A stretch of 42,743 nucleotides of DNA from an uncultured Clostridia bacterium (GTDB taxonomy: Bacteria > Acidobacteriota > Blastocatellia > UBA7656). The first letter of the stretch is position 1. Each line of letters begins with the position of its first letter. The stretch spans positions 1 through 42,743 of the forward strand of contig CAZPQE010000001.1 in assembly GCA_964588615.1 (NCBI GenBank), in the 5' to 3' direction. This document shows, in pieces, positions 15,828-24,766 of this stretch. Below the pieces are notes generated by a model. The model saw nothing but the letters and a program-made list of their open reading frames with translations, had not been told where the DNA came from and did no database searches. The position numbers and the translations under genes are program-made.

Positions 15828-16426
15828 TCGTATGCGTTGAATCAAACTTCGTTCTTGAGATCGCATTCCTGCGCGAAGAACACGAAGGCTGCCTTGAAAT
15901 TCTGGGCCTCGCAGAAACACAGCATATCAGATTGACGCTCCCGGCTTTCAGTCTGGGAGAGCCTTATGAGGCGCTCGTGCGCAGACAAAAACAAAGGCAG
16001 GAGCTTCGCAACAGACTCACGGCTGAGATCAAGGAACTTTCGCGCTCAAAACCATATCAGGAAATATCCAGGGACTTTGAGGAACTGGCCAATCTGTTGA
16101 CAGGAAGCAATGAGGATGAGAAGCGCAGGCTCGATGAATCGCTGAACAGAATCGTGAACGTCGCCGAGTTGATACCGACAGGGGCAAGCGTGATAAAAAC
16201 CGCGATTGGTTATCAGAGATCTTCCGATCTTTCGCCGCAGGACTCCATCGTTTACGCATCGATCATCGAGCGTCTGTCAGGCGCGGCGGGCGAGCCTGCC
16301 TGCTTCATCACGAAAAACTCTAAAGACTTCGACAACCTCGATATCCAGAACGAACTGGCAAACTACAACTGCAAACTGCTCACGACCTTCAAAAACGGTC
16401 TTGGCTATATCGGCAGCCGTCCATAA
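15824..16426 (+). CDS. PIN-like domain protein with a coiled-coil insertion
   Basis: The GTG start overlaps the upstream stop (GTGA), with a GGGAGAGG Shine-Dalgarno. PIN-like acidic positions are present: VCVESNFVLE, then an ~80-aa charged helical insert, then SPQDSIVYASI and CFITKNSKDFDN. Confidence 0.55.
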   Translation: MIVCVESNFVLEIAFLREEHEGCLEILGLAETQHIRLTLPAFSLGEPYEALVRRQKQRQELRNRLTAEIKELSRSKPYQEISRDFEELANLLTGSNEDEKRRLDESLNRIVNVAELIPTGASVIKTAIGYQRSSDLSPQDSIVYASIIERLSGAAGEPACFITKNSKDFDNLDIQNELANYNCKLLTTFKNGLGYIGSRP

Positions 16427-16434
16427 TAAGGAGA

Positions 16435-17151
16435 ATGATGTCGTTCGATAAAATCGCGCAAGCATGGAAAGAAGCTCTGAAGATGGAATACTCGCCCGTC
16501 GCCATCGCTTTTTCAAACGAGCCGCCCGAAGGAGTTGAAAGAAGCCCGGAGCCGTCGCCCTCAGCCTGCACTTTCTGGCGGCGGGGACAGACGAAAGTTT
16601 TCTACGCCACTTCGGACGATCACAGCAATTGCCCGATAGGTCTGATGACGATGGGGTTTTCGCTCTCGCCGGAAAACAGCGATAAGGCTCGATCGCTCGT
16701 CTCCACGATGGCCTCGCTGCATTATTTCGATCCGTCAGAAGTCGCGCACCTGCCGACTGTCGAAAAATCGCACGAAGTCGTCGTCTACGGCCCGCTCGAT
16801 CAGTTTCCCCTCGATCCCGATCTCGTATTGCTGATGCTCGACGCTTATCAGGGGATGATCGCCGCAGAAGCTATCGGGCAGGTGACGTGGGCTGAGAATC
16901 CTCAACTCGGCTTGTTTGGTCGCCCGGCATGCGCCGCTCTTGCCAGAGCCGAGCGCGGGGGCAATTCAACCATGAGTCTGGTCTGCATCGGGGCGCGAAC
17001 TTACACTGATCTCGGTCAGGAAGATATGCTGCTCGTAGTTCCTTTCTCTCAACTCGCCGAAGCGACCGAACGTCTGGCCGCAGTCGTTGACGCCAACACC
17101 GCGCTGGCCGCTTATCACCGGGAGCAGAGAAGGATCATCGCGGGCGGATGA
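16435..17151 (+). CDS. DUF169 domain protein
   Basis: The pattern PVAIAFSNE...ACTFW...FYATSDDHSNCPIG...LVLLMLDAYQ...RPACAAL...MSLVCIGART is typical of DUF169. AAGGAG Shine-Dalgarno. Confidence 0.8.
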   Translation: MMSFDKIAQAWKEALKMEYSPVAIAFSNEPPEGVERSPEPSPSACTFWRRGQTKVFYATSDDHSNCPIGLMTMGFSLSPENSDKARSLVSTMASLHYFDPSEVAHLPTVEKSHEVVVYGPLDQFPLDPDLVLLMLDAYQGMIAAEAIGQVTWAENPQLGLFGRPACAALARAERGGNSTMSLVCIGARTYTDLGQEDMLLVVPFSQLAEATERLAAVVDANTALAAYHREQRRIIAGG

Positions 17152-17183
17152 ACGCAGAAAGCGGGGATGCGATTCGAGATCGA

Positions 17184-17510
17184 TTACTGGCCATCCCCAT
17201 GCGCGTTCGTATTTGAAATGTGACGCTCGACGATGTTGATAAGGGTGTTGAGTCTTGCGTCAGTCTCTTTGCCCTGCTCGATCAACGCGGCCATCTCTGC
17301 ATCATTCCGGGTCAGCCGGTTTTCATGGCTCTCCACGATGTTTGTGAGGGAGAGCACAGCGTCGGCCAGATTGCGTATATGCTCGGTCGTTTGCCGCTGA
17401 CTCTCTTTAAGCTCGACGATCCCTTCCTTGAGTTCCGCAATCTCGACGGTGAAGTTCGCCTGCTGCTCGACTATGAAATCCATCTGTCGCTGTATAGGGT
17501 CCTCGCTCAT
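17184..17510 (-). CDS. Hypothetical coiled-coil protein (108 aa)
   Basis: Clean ORF with a GAGGAG Shine-Dalgarno. The sequence is rich in heptad-like charged and hydrophobic residues. I recognise no family. Confidence 0.55.
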   Translation of the reverse strand: MSEDPIQRQMDFIVEQQANFTVEIAELKEGIVELKESQRQTTEHIRNLADAVLSLTNIVESHENRLTRNDAEMAALIEQGKETDARLNTLINIVERHISNTNAHGDGQ

Positions 17511-17612
17511 AAACTCCTCGCTTTCGATTTACTCGCGCTGGCCTGCGATTTTATCACAGATGCGCTCATTGCCTGCATCCTTGTAGTCGCAGGAATGAGG
17601 CTCCCACATACG

Positions 17613-19523
17613 TCAGCGCCCGCCCGTGCCATAGAACTTCCAGTTGGATTTGAAGTCGCGCGCGAGTTTCTGACCGGTGAGTATCGCCCGCACCATTTCC
17701 ACAGGGATGCGTCCTTCTTTCAGTATCGCGTCGTGAAATGCCCGGTCGGTCATCTTTCCCGTTTCCACCAACTCGCGGTGCAGAGCGCGAAACTGCATGC
17801 CGCCGAGCAGATACGCCGCCTGATAGAGCGGGCCGTACTGACCGGCGAATGAGCGGCGCACTTCAGCCGTCGCATTGTCCACTTCATGACCGACGCGATT
17901 GACAAGCAACTCGATGCACTGCTGCGGAGTCATCTTCTCCAGATGAAAGCTCAACGAAAAAATGATCCGGGCGCAGCGGTGCATTCGCCAGAAGAGCATG
18001 CCTATTCGATTCTCAGGCGTTTTGGCGAACCCTCTGTCCCAGAGCAGCAACTCCCAGTAGAGCGCCCATCCTTCGCCCCAGAACGGCGTCGAAAACAGAT
18101 TGCGATAAGGCCGGAAGCGGGCCGTCATAAACCCCTGCAGGTGATGGCCGGGTATGAGTTCGTGATGGACGGTGGCGCGCGAAAAGTGGATGTTGTTGCC
18201 TCTCATGCTCATCATCTTCGCTTCGTGCGACATGGTGTTTGTGGGATAAGAGACCTGAATCGTCTCTCCGCCCAGAAAGAACGGGCTGACCAGTTGGCGT
18301 TCGGGCGACAGCATCTCCATCCGCCACGACTCGCGGGCCAGCGGCGGCACGGTCACCAGATCGTTCTTTTCGACGTATTCAATCGCTTCCATAGCAAGCT
18401 CTCGAATCAACTGAGGCTGACGGCCCGGCTCCACATGCAGGGTCTTTACGTGCTCAAGCGCCTTGTGCCAGTCGTCGCCGTAGCCAAGCTCGCGCGATGC
18501 CTTCTTCATTTCCGATTCGCACCAGTCGAGTTCCTTGTTTGCGATGGCGATCAACTCTTCTGGCGTGTAAGGGATCATTTCGTAAGCGAGCTCGGTCATC
18601 AAAGCCTCGCGCCCGATGGGGTCGCCTATGATGTCGCTTGCGTCGCCCGGTCTCGCCGCGCCCCCGGATCGCTGAGGCCCGCCTGCTCCCTGCCCTCCCG
18701 CGCCCTGACCGCCTCCCTGACCTCTCCCGGCTCCGGGCCTGGAATCGGCTCCAGGAGCCTGTTCCGGCCTCAGACCCAGAACTCGTTCATTCAACAATGA
18801 CGCATAAGCTGCGAGCGACTGATCGACTGACTTGTAAGGCTCGTCCGCCCACCAGGTGAATACCGGATCGTAGCCGTTGTAGAATCCGTACCAGCTTCTC
18901 ATCATATTTCTCAGAATGCCGACCGCTCCCACTGCGCGATTGGCTACGGTCTTTTTCACCTTGATGGCCCCCGGTCTCGCTTCAGGTCTGAAACCCGCTT
19001 CGACCGCCCTCTGCGTCTCAGCGATCTGTTTGCTTAGGCGAGTGAGCAGCGCGGCGACGCGCGGAGAATCAATCGGCTCCATTCGCTTGCGCGCTTCTTC
19101 CAACTCGACCAGCGGTCTGGCAAACGGGATGAGAGCTTCCATCTCGGCAGCGCGCCTCTCCTGCTCGTCGAGCTCCCGCAGCGCGTGATCGAGATAGTTT
19201 CTGAAGAGAAGGTAATCGATACGACCGTCGAGGCTCAGAGAATCGAAATCCATTCGGTCGAGCGCGTTCAGCCATTCAGTGTAAAGCCGTTTCATTCGCG
19301 TTTGTCGCGCGCCGGAAAGCTGCGCCGTATGGAAGCGATTGAGGCTCCCCTGATCGACCGCAAATCGCTCGATCACGCCGCGCATCTCGCTTTTTGAAGA
19401 GTCGAGATCAGGCAGGGGAGCTTTTTCATCCCAAGAGAAAGCGCGCGACGCAGAGGCAAACCACCCTCCGACGACAAGCGCGACAATCAGCATTGCGACC
19501 ATCAGATTCAGTCCTCGTCTCAT
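17613..19523 (-). CDS. DUF885 family protein (metallopeptidase-like), exported
   Basis: 636 aa with an N-terminal signal/anchor (LMVAMLIVALVVGGWFASA). Contains the conserved DUF885 block ATVHHELIPGHHLQ. GAGGAGG Shine-Dalgarno. Confidence 0.85.
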   Translation of the reverse strand: MRRGLNLMVAMLIVALVVGGWFASASRAFSWDEKAPLPDLDSSKSEMRGVIERFAVDQGSLNRFHTAQLSGARQTRMKRLYTEWLNALDRMDFDSLSLDGRIDYLLFRNYLDHALRELDEQERRAAEMEALIPFARPLVELEEARKRMEPIDSPRVAALLTRLSKQIAETQRAVEAGFRPEARPGAIKVKKTVANRAVGAVGILRNMMRSWYGFYNGYDPVFTWWADEPYKSVDQSLAAYASLLNERVLGLRPEQAPGADSRPGAGRGQGGGQGAGGQGAGGPQRSGGAARPGDASDIIGDPIGREALMTELAYEMIPYTPEELIAIANKELDWCESEMKKASRELGYGDDWHKALEHVKTLHVEPGRQPQLIRELAMEAIEYVEKNDLVTVPPLARESWRMEMLSPERQLVSPFFLGGETIQVSYPTNTMSHEAKMMSMRGNNIHFSRATVHHELIPGHHLQGFMTARFRPYRNLFSTPFWGEGWALYWELLLWDRGFAKTPENRIGMLFWRMHRCARIIFSLSFHLEKMTPQQCIELLVNRVGHEVDNATAEVRRSFAGQYGPLYQAAYLLGGMQFRALHRELVETGKMTDRAFHDAILKEGRIPVEMVRAILTGQKLARDFKSNWKFYGTGGR

Positions 19524-19558
19524 TTTCGAAACCTCCTCGGGGAAACAGTTTTCAGTTT

Positions 19559-21454
19559 TCAGCGCGGTCGCGCTCTCTCACCGGCTACTTTCCAGTAGAC
19601 CGCATAACGCTCGTCGATGAGTTTGTAAAACGGCACAAGAGTTACATTGCGGCTCTGTCCCGTCGTCTCGAATTCCAACCCGTGGCCGGTCGGCCTGATC
19701 CACGCGCTGAGGTTCTGAGAGTTCGTCTTCAACGATGGAGCCTCGACGGGCCTGCTTCGGTAGCGCGGAATCTGTCGAACGCCGGTCGGCTCGGCGCGCA
19801 GCACGTCGGCTGTCAAACCTTCAGTTCCCAGTTTGCCCGCCATAACGAGCGGCCCATACATCACAGCCTGCAACGTATCATCATCGGGCATCGGGTGAGC
19901 GTGCAGGCTCATGGGAAGTTTCACCTCGACTTTATCGCCGTCCTGGAACAGGCGATCCAGAACGAAGTAGCTCGATGGCGCGGCGAAGCCTTCAAGCGCG
20001 CGCCCGTTGAGTTTCACCGCGCCGCCCTGCGTGGCCCAGTAAGGCACTCGAATGCGAAGCCTGATCGGCGTCGGCTTGTCTGCGCGGATGGTGATCGCCG
20101 TAGTGTCTTCTTCGGGGAACCGGGTGTCCTGAATAACTCGAATGCCTTTTTCCGTCCAGGCGACTTCGGAACTGATGAACAGGTTTACATAAATTCCATC
20201 GTCGTCGTGAAAGTAGATGCTGTCGCCGAGCTTGGCGAATGACTCGATGCCTGAGCCGGTGCAACACCAGAAAGCATGCAGCGGCAATCCGAACAGCTTC
20301 CAGTAACCTGAAGCGAGCGGAACGTAATAAAGCGTCATGCCGTCACGGGGGTGCTGAGTTCCGAGTATGCCGTTGAACATCGCTCGCTCGTAATAATCGG
20401 CGCAGCGCGCGTCGGCGCTCCAACTGAAAAGGTGACGTGTGAGCTTGAGCATGTTGTAAGTGCAGCAGCACTCCTGCGTGTAGCCGCTCAGTTCTCCGGC
20501 GAGTTTTCCGGCGTCTGATCCCCATCGCTCCCCATTGCTCGTTCCCCCTGTGCAATAAGACCGTTTGCCCGTCACCTGACGCCAGAAGTAATCAGCTATC
20601 TCGCGGTATCGCGCCTGGCCGGTTATCTCGTAACGACGAGCCGCGCCGATTATCTTTGGGATGATGGTGTTGACGTGAAGACCTTTCAACTCATCGCGCC
20701 CTTCGGCCAGAGGCGCGAAGACCCTTTCGTGATCGAAGCGATGAGCCAGTTCGCGCCAGAGGCGATTTCCGGTGACGACGTGAAGATTGTAGAGCACATC
20801 GTTCATCCCGCCGTACTCGCGCTCAAGCACGCGCGCAAAGTGAGCCTCGCCCAGCGGGTCGACCCATCGGCGAGTCCATTCGCCGATGCCTTTCAAAACA
20901 TCGAGCGCCTGCTCGTTTGCGCAGTAAGTGTGCATATCGAGCAGCCCGGCCATGATTTTGTGCAGCGTGTAAAAAGGAGCCCAGGCCGGTTTGCCTTCGC
21001 GCAATCGGTCGAAGAGTTCTTCGGGGAACGCGCTCAGATATCCGTTGCCTGTCGCCCTCTGGCACTTCGCCAGTTCAGCGACCAGGAGATTGCCTCTCGT
21101 TTTTGCCGTCTCATCGCCGAGGCTGGCGCTCATAAGCGCGCAGGCTGAAAGGTAATGACCGGTGAAGTGGCCTCGAAGCTCGTTTGCCGGTTGTTCCCAT
21201 CCGCCGAGCGGCTCGGCAGAAGAAGGCAGCCCGGCGGTCAGGCGAAAAGTGTGAAGCAGGCGATCCGCGTCGAGGCTCACCACGTAGCGGCGATTCGTTT
21301 CCGCCGCGTCGAGAAAGATTCCCGGCCTGAGTCGCACACGTTCGAGTGCGAACGGACGCGCTTTGACGGGAGAGTCAGCGACAGTCAATCGCGCAAGCGG
21401 AATGGCTGCGCCCATTGCGGCGACGAAATTCCTCCTTGTTATATGCGCGGGCAT
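19559..21454 (-). CDS. Glycoside hydrolase family 127 (DUF1680) beta-L-arabinofuranosidase-like, Tat-exported
   Basis: Twin-arginine signal MPAHITRRNFVAAMGAA. Contains the E-C-C (YTQECCCTYN) and FWCCTGSG cysteine motifs expected for the Zn/Cys active site of HypBA1-type enzymes. 631 aa. Confidence 0.8.
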   Translation of the reverse strand: MPAHITRRNFVAAMGAAIPLARLTVADSPVKARPFALERVRLRPGIFLDAAETNRRYVVSLDADRLLHTFRLTAGLPSSAEPLGGWEQPANELRGHFTGHYLSACALMSASLGDETAKTRGNLLVAELAKCQRATGNGYLSAFPEELFDRLREGKPAWAPFYTLHKIMAGLLDMHTYCANEQALDVLKGIGEWTRRWVDPLGEAHFARVLEREYGGMNDVLYNLHVVTGNRLWRELAHRFDHERVFAPLAEGRDELKGLHVNTIIPKIIGAARRYEITGQARYREIADYFWRQVTGKRSYCTGGTSNGERWGSDAGKLAGELSGYTQECCCTYNMLKLTRHLFSWSADARCADYYERAMFNGILGTQHPRDGMTLYYVPLASGYWKLFGLPLHAFWCCTGSGIESFAKLGDSIYFHDDDGIYVNLFISSEVAWTEKGIRVIQDTRFPEEDTTAITIRADKPTPIRLRIRVPYWATQGGAVKLNGRALEGFAAPSSYFVLDRLFQDGDKVEVKLPMSLHAHPMPDDDTLQAVMYGPLVMAGKLGTEGLTADVLRAEPTGVRQIPRYRSRPVEAPSLKTNSQNLSAWIRPTGHGLEFETTGQSRNVTLVPFYKLIDERYAVYWKVAGERARPR

Positions 21455-21466
21455 GGGATGCTCCTT

Positions 21467-22933
21467 TCATTTTTTCTGAAGCAGTTCTTTTTCGGAAGCG
21501 ACAGGAAATTTTTGCAGCAAGCCTCCCTGCCCGACCAGACGCTCGATTTCGTCAAGCTCCGAGGGCAGAAAAGAGGTGAAGTTCTCGACTCCTGTTTCAG
21601 TCACCACGACAACATCTTCATAGCGCAGGTAGATTTTTTCTTCAGGGACCCATAGCTGCGGATCGATTGAAAAAACCTGACCCGGTTTGAGCGCGTCCCG
21701 ACTGTAGCCGCCGTCGTCATGAACGGCGAGTCCTACGGGGTGAGAAAAAACGCCTCCGCCAGTCGCCACGAGTTTTCGCGCCGCCTGCTCGTAAATCGGC
21801 TTTGAGAACTTCGTCCGTCGAAACACTTCTTCCATCGCCTCGCGTGCTTCTTCCATGATCGCTCTCGCTGTCACCCCCGGACGAATCCGCTTCATGATCG
21901 CGTTGCGATACTCAAGCACGAACTGTAGAAGCTCTCTCTGCTCGCGGCTGTACCTTCCATTGACTGGCCACACCCGCGCGATGTCGCTTGTGTAGTAGCC
22001 ATAGTCGGGAGCGTAATCCATCAGCACCAGGTCGCCGTCTTTCAACTGCCCGTTGTTTCGATAGTAGTGGATGTTCCAGATGTTTTCCGTCCCCGCAGCG
22101 GTGATCGAGCGATAGCCTTCGAGCCGCGCGCCGCCCGCGAGGAACACATATCGGGCGACCGCGTCGAGTTGATACTCATATACTCCCGCCTTCGTGCTGC
22201 GCATCGCCTCGATCAATCCGAGGCCGGCAAGTTGCGAGGCGCGGCGAATCAGAGCCACCTCGCGAGGGCTCTTCACGCTGCGCATCTCGTCAAGCACTGG
22301 AGTGAGGTCGCGCACATCGACTCGCGGAAACCGCGTGCGCAACAGTCCCGTGAAATGCGTTTCTCTGGACGGCCTCCCGTCCCAGTAATCCGAAGCGATG
22401 GCGGCGTTGGCGGCAAGCAGTTCTCCCCGGCTCTGCGCGCTGCCTTCTGCCGGGGTGAAAAGCGTGTAGACCGCAGTCTGGCCATTGAGCAGATCGCGCA
22501 TCCAGTCGTCAGTCATCGCCCGCGCGCTCAACACCGCATCGACGCCCGTGAGCGAGCGAGCGAGTTCCGCATCGTCGGCTGAAAGTATCTTGCCCTCGGC
22601 TCGCTCAAGGCTCTCGTTGCGCGGAGGCAGCAGAAGCGTCACTCGGCGGCTTCTGCCGTCGAGCAGCAGATAAGAGTGAGGAGTTTCGATCCCGCAGAGG
22701 TAATAAAACTCGTTGGTCTGTCGCGGAAAGATATAACCGTTCGTAAGCGGCATGCCCTGCACGATGGCTACGGCCTTGTCGCCGATGCGATCGAAAAGTT
22801 TCTGCCATCGCGCGCGGAATTCTTCCGGCGGAAAATGCGGCTGGTAATAAGGCGCGCTCTGACCGTAAGTCAGCCCCGCTAAAATCAACAGCAGTAAGAC
22901 CGACCGCCAGCTACATTTCTTAATCATTTTCAT
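21467..22933 (-). CDS. M24B Xaa-Pro aminopeptidase (aminopeptidase P family) with signal peptide
   Basis: AMP_N-like N-terminal domain plus a pita-bread domain (LMDYAPDYGYYTSDIARVWPV, HPVGLAVHD, YLRYED). Cleavable-looking signal MKMIKKCSWRSVLLLLILAGLTYGQS. Confidence 0.85.
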   Translation of the reverse strand: MKMIKKCSWRSVLLLLILAGLTYGQSAPYYQPHFPPEEFRARWQKLFDRIGDKAVAIVQGMPLTNGYIFPRQTNEFYYLCGIETPHSYLLLDGRSRRVTLLLPPRNESLERAEGKILSADDAELARSLTGVDAVLSARAMTDDWMRDLLNGQTAVYTLFTPAEGSAQSRGELLAANAAIASDYWDGRPSRETHFTGLLRTRFPRVDVRDLTPVLDEMRSVKSPREVALIRRASQLAGLGLIEAMRSTKAGVYEYQLDAVARYVFLAGGARLEGYRSITAAGTENIWNIHYYRNNGQLKDGDLVLMDYAPDYGYYTSDIARVWPVNGRYSREQRELLQFVLEYRNAIMKRIRPGVTARAIMEEAREAMEEVFRRTKFSKPIYEQAARKLVATGGGVFSHPVGLAVHDDGGYSRDALKPGQVFSIDPQLWVPEEKIYLRYEDVVVVTETGVENFTSFLPSELDEIERLVGQGGLLQKFPVASEKELLQKK

Positions 22934-22940
22934 CCCTCCC

Positions 22941-24590
22941 TCACTGCCGCTCGATCACCCGGCCCGACGCTTTTACATCCTGCATCGCTTTGTAGACCGG
23001 ATAAACTTTTCCCGTTTCGAGATAAGCGTCCAGAAAATTCCATGCTGCCAGTCCGTCATCGCTTTCGGGTTCGAGCAGGTAAGAAGCCAGAGTCGAAAGC
23101 GGTTGCGCCGAGCGCACAAGAACGGTTCCCGCAGGAAATTCCATCGTCTCTTTTTTATAGCTGCCCTTGAGCCTGACTTCGTTATGCCCCTGAAAAGCCC
23201 GCGCGCTTCGCTTCACCTCTCCAATCACGAAGCTCTCGACCTCAGCCGTGAGCGGCGCGGTCAACTCTTCCACCGTCACGCCATGTGCGAGCAGCTTCTC
23301 GACAACCACTTTCATGCCCGCTTCCGGTCGGAAGAGATAAGCGCGCGGGGCGGCAACCGAGCGGGTTGCGACGAAAGCGCCGTAGTCGAGCATTCTGGTC
23401 GGCGTGAATTTGCCTTCGACCATGACGGTCATATCAGCGCCCGAACGCGGGTTCTTCGCTTTGGTGACTTCTCCCACCAGAATATCGACCGGCTTTGGCA
23501 GCGGCCTCATTTCATATTCGACGCCGAGTTGAAATGAAGTTCGTCGAACGGTGTCCGAATCGACGCGGCTGGTCAGTTGACGGATTTCATCCCCGTGCGA
23601 GGCCGAGTATTTGAATATCTCTTCGACCAGCGCCTCGGTGACTTTCACCCGCCCGCGAAAATCGAGATAACTGTATGCCTCAGAAAGAATGGTCAATCGA
23701 TTGCGGAGTCCTATGTAGTTTTGTCCTATGCGCGGCGCGTGCGTGAATGCCTGCCACGAGCGAGCGTCCTTCTCTCCGGGTCGGGGGCGCGAGAAGTTGC
23801 CATAGAAATAAGTGCGGAACTTGTGCCGGTCGAGCATGGCGCGGGTGATTACGGGAAGCATTTTTTCCCGATGATAGCTGACGATCCTCGGATCGGAGGA
23901 CGGATTGAGCGGCTGCGAGTAAGTCAGATGATAGCCGTGAAACGAGCCGTTGGTGGTGTGCAGATCGACGGTCACATGCGGGTCCCAGCGATTGAACAAT
24001 CGCACCAGCGAACGGGCTTCGGGCGATTCGAGTTTCATGTAATCGCGGTTGAGATCGAGACCTGCCGAGTTTTCGCGCCTGCCGACTCCGCCGACAGGGC
24101 CGTTCTGTTCGGCGCGATTCTGAAGGCTGATTTTTTCGTTGCCGTCGGCGTTGTAGATTGGCGCGATCAGTATGATTATCCGGTCGAGCAGCGGGCGCAG
24201 ATCGCCTGAGACGATGCGCCGGGCAAGGTGCTGCGCCGCCTCTTTGCCTTCGACTTCGCCCGCGTGAATGTTGCCCATTATGAAAACTATGGGCTTGCCT
24301 GAAATCCGAGCGTCGCGCGGTTGAGAGATGGGAGGATCGGCCAGGATCATCAGCGGCAGCGGGCGGCCCTCCTGCGAGTAGCCGAATGTCTCCACGCGCA
24401 ATATGTCAGCGCGCTTTTGCAGTTCGCTGATGAAGCGAGTGACATCATCGTATCGACTGGTCTCTTCGTAGTTGGTGAGTTCGGGGCGCGATTTCAACGC
24501 CTCGTCCTGCGCGTGCGCATCAGCGCGCAGCAAAATAAGCAGCGAGAAGCAGGTGAGAATCAGTTTCAAAAGTCGGAAATCGGTCTGCAT
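22941..24590 (-). CDS. M14 family zinc carboxypeptidase, exported
   Basis: Zinc motif [10 protein letters not shown] (HxxE). Signal peptide [28 protein letters not shown] prefer the ATG at 24590, which has a GGAGA Shine-Dalgarno, over the GTG at 24623. Confidence 0.85.
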   Translation of the reverse strand: MQTDFRLLKLILTCFSLLILLRADAHAQDEALKSRPELTNYEETSRYDDVTRFISELQKRADILRVETFGYSQEGRPLPLMILADPPISQPRDARISGKPIVFIMGNIHAGEVEGKEAAQHLARRIVSGDLRPLLDRIIILIAPIYNADGNEKISLQNRAEQNGPVGGVGRRENSAGLDLNRDYMKLESPEARSLVRLFNRWDPHVTVDLHTTNGSFHGYHLTYSQPLNPSSDPRIVSYHREKMLPVITRAMLDRHKFRTYFYGNFSRPRPGEKDARSWQAFTHAPRIGQNYIGLRNRLTILSEAYSYLDFRGRVKVTEALVEEIFKYSASHGDEIRQLTSRVDSDTVRRTSFQLGVEYEMRPLPKPVDILVGEVTKAKNPRSGADMTVMVEGKFTPTRMLDYGAFVATRSVAAPRAYLFRPEAGMKVVVEKLLAHGVTVEELTAPLTAEVESFVIGEVKRSARAFQGHNEVRLKGSYKKETMEFPAGTVLVRSAQPLSTLASYLLEPESDDGLAAWNFLDAYLETGKVYPVYKAMQDVKASGRVIERQ

Positions 24591-24678
24591 TTTTATCTCC
24601 GGCAGCAAGGATGAGAAGTCCACTGTCGTATCGGGCTTGAGCGCGACGGATGAAACCGCATAAGCTTGTCGCGCAGAA

Positions 24679-24750
24679 CTGGTTCACCGCAGAGAGGCGC
24701 AAAGACGCAGAGGATCGGATGTATCCCCTACGTGCTCTGCGGTGAACCAG
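24679..24750. repeat. Perfect 16-bp inverted repeat CTGGTTCACCGCAGAG / CTCTGCGGTGAACCAG (40-nt spacer) between the KGSA dehydrogenase and M14 genes
   Basis: Read directly from the sequence. It lies in the only sizeable gap (143 nt) of the minus-strand array. Confidence 0.75.
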
Positions 24751-24766
24751 AAATCAATACTCTGAC

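Noticed and set aside
17886-18800. 304-aa plus-strand ORF. Similar long antisense ORFs occur at 3086-3880, 5723-6358, 7840-8526, 19394-20242, 26510-27301, 31363-32052, 32347-33129 and 41229-41879.
   Set aside because: Each lies opposite a gene with a confident family assignment and shows the Arg/Ser/Ala-rich composition typical of non-coding frames in GC-rich DNA.
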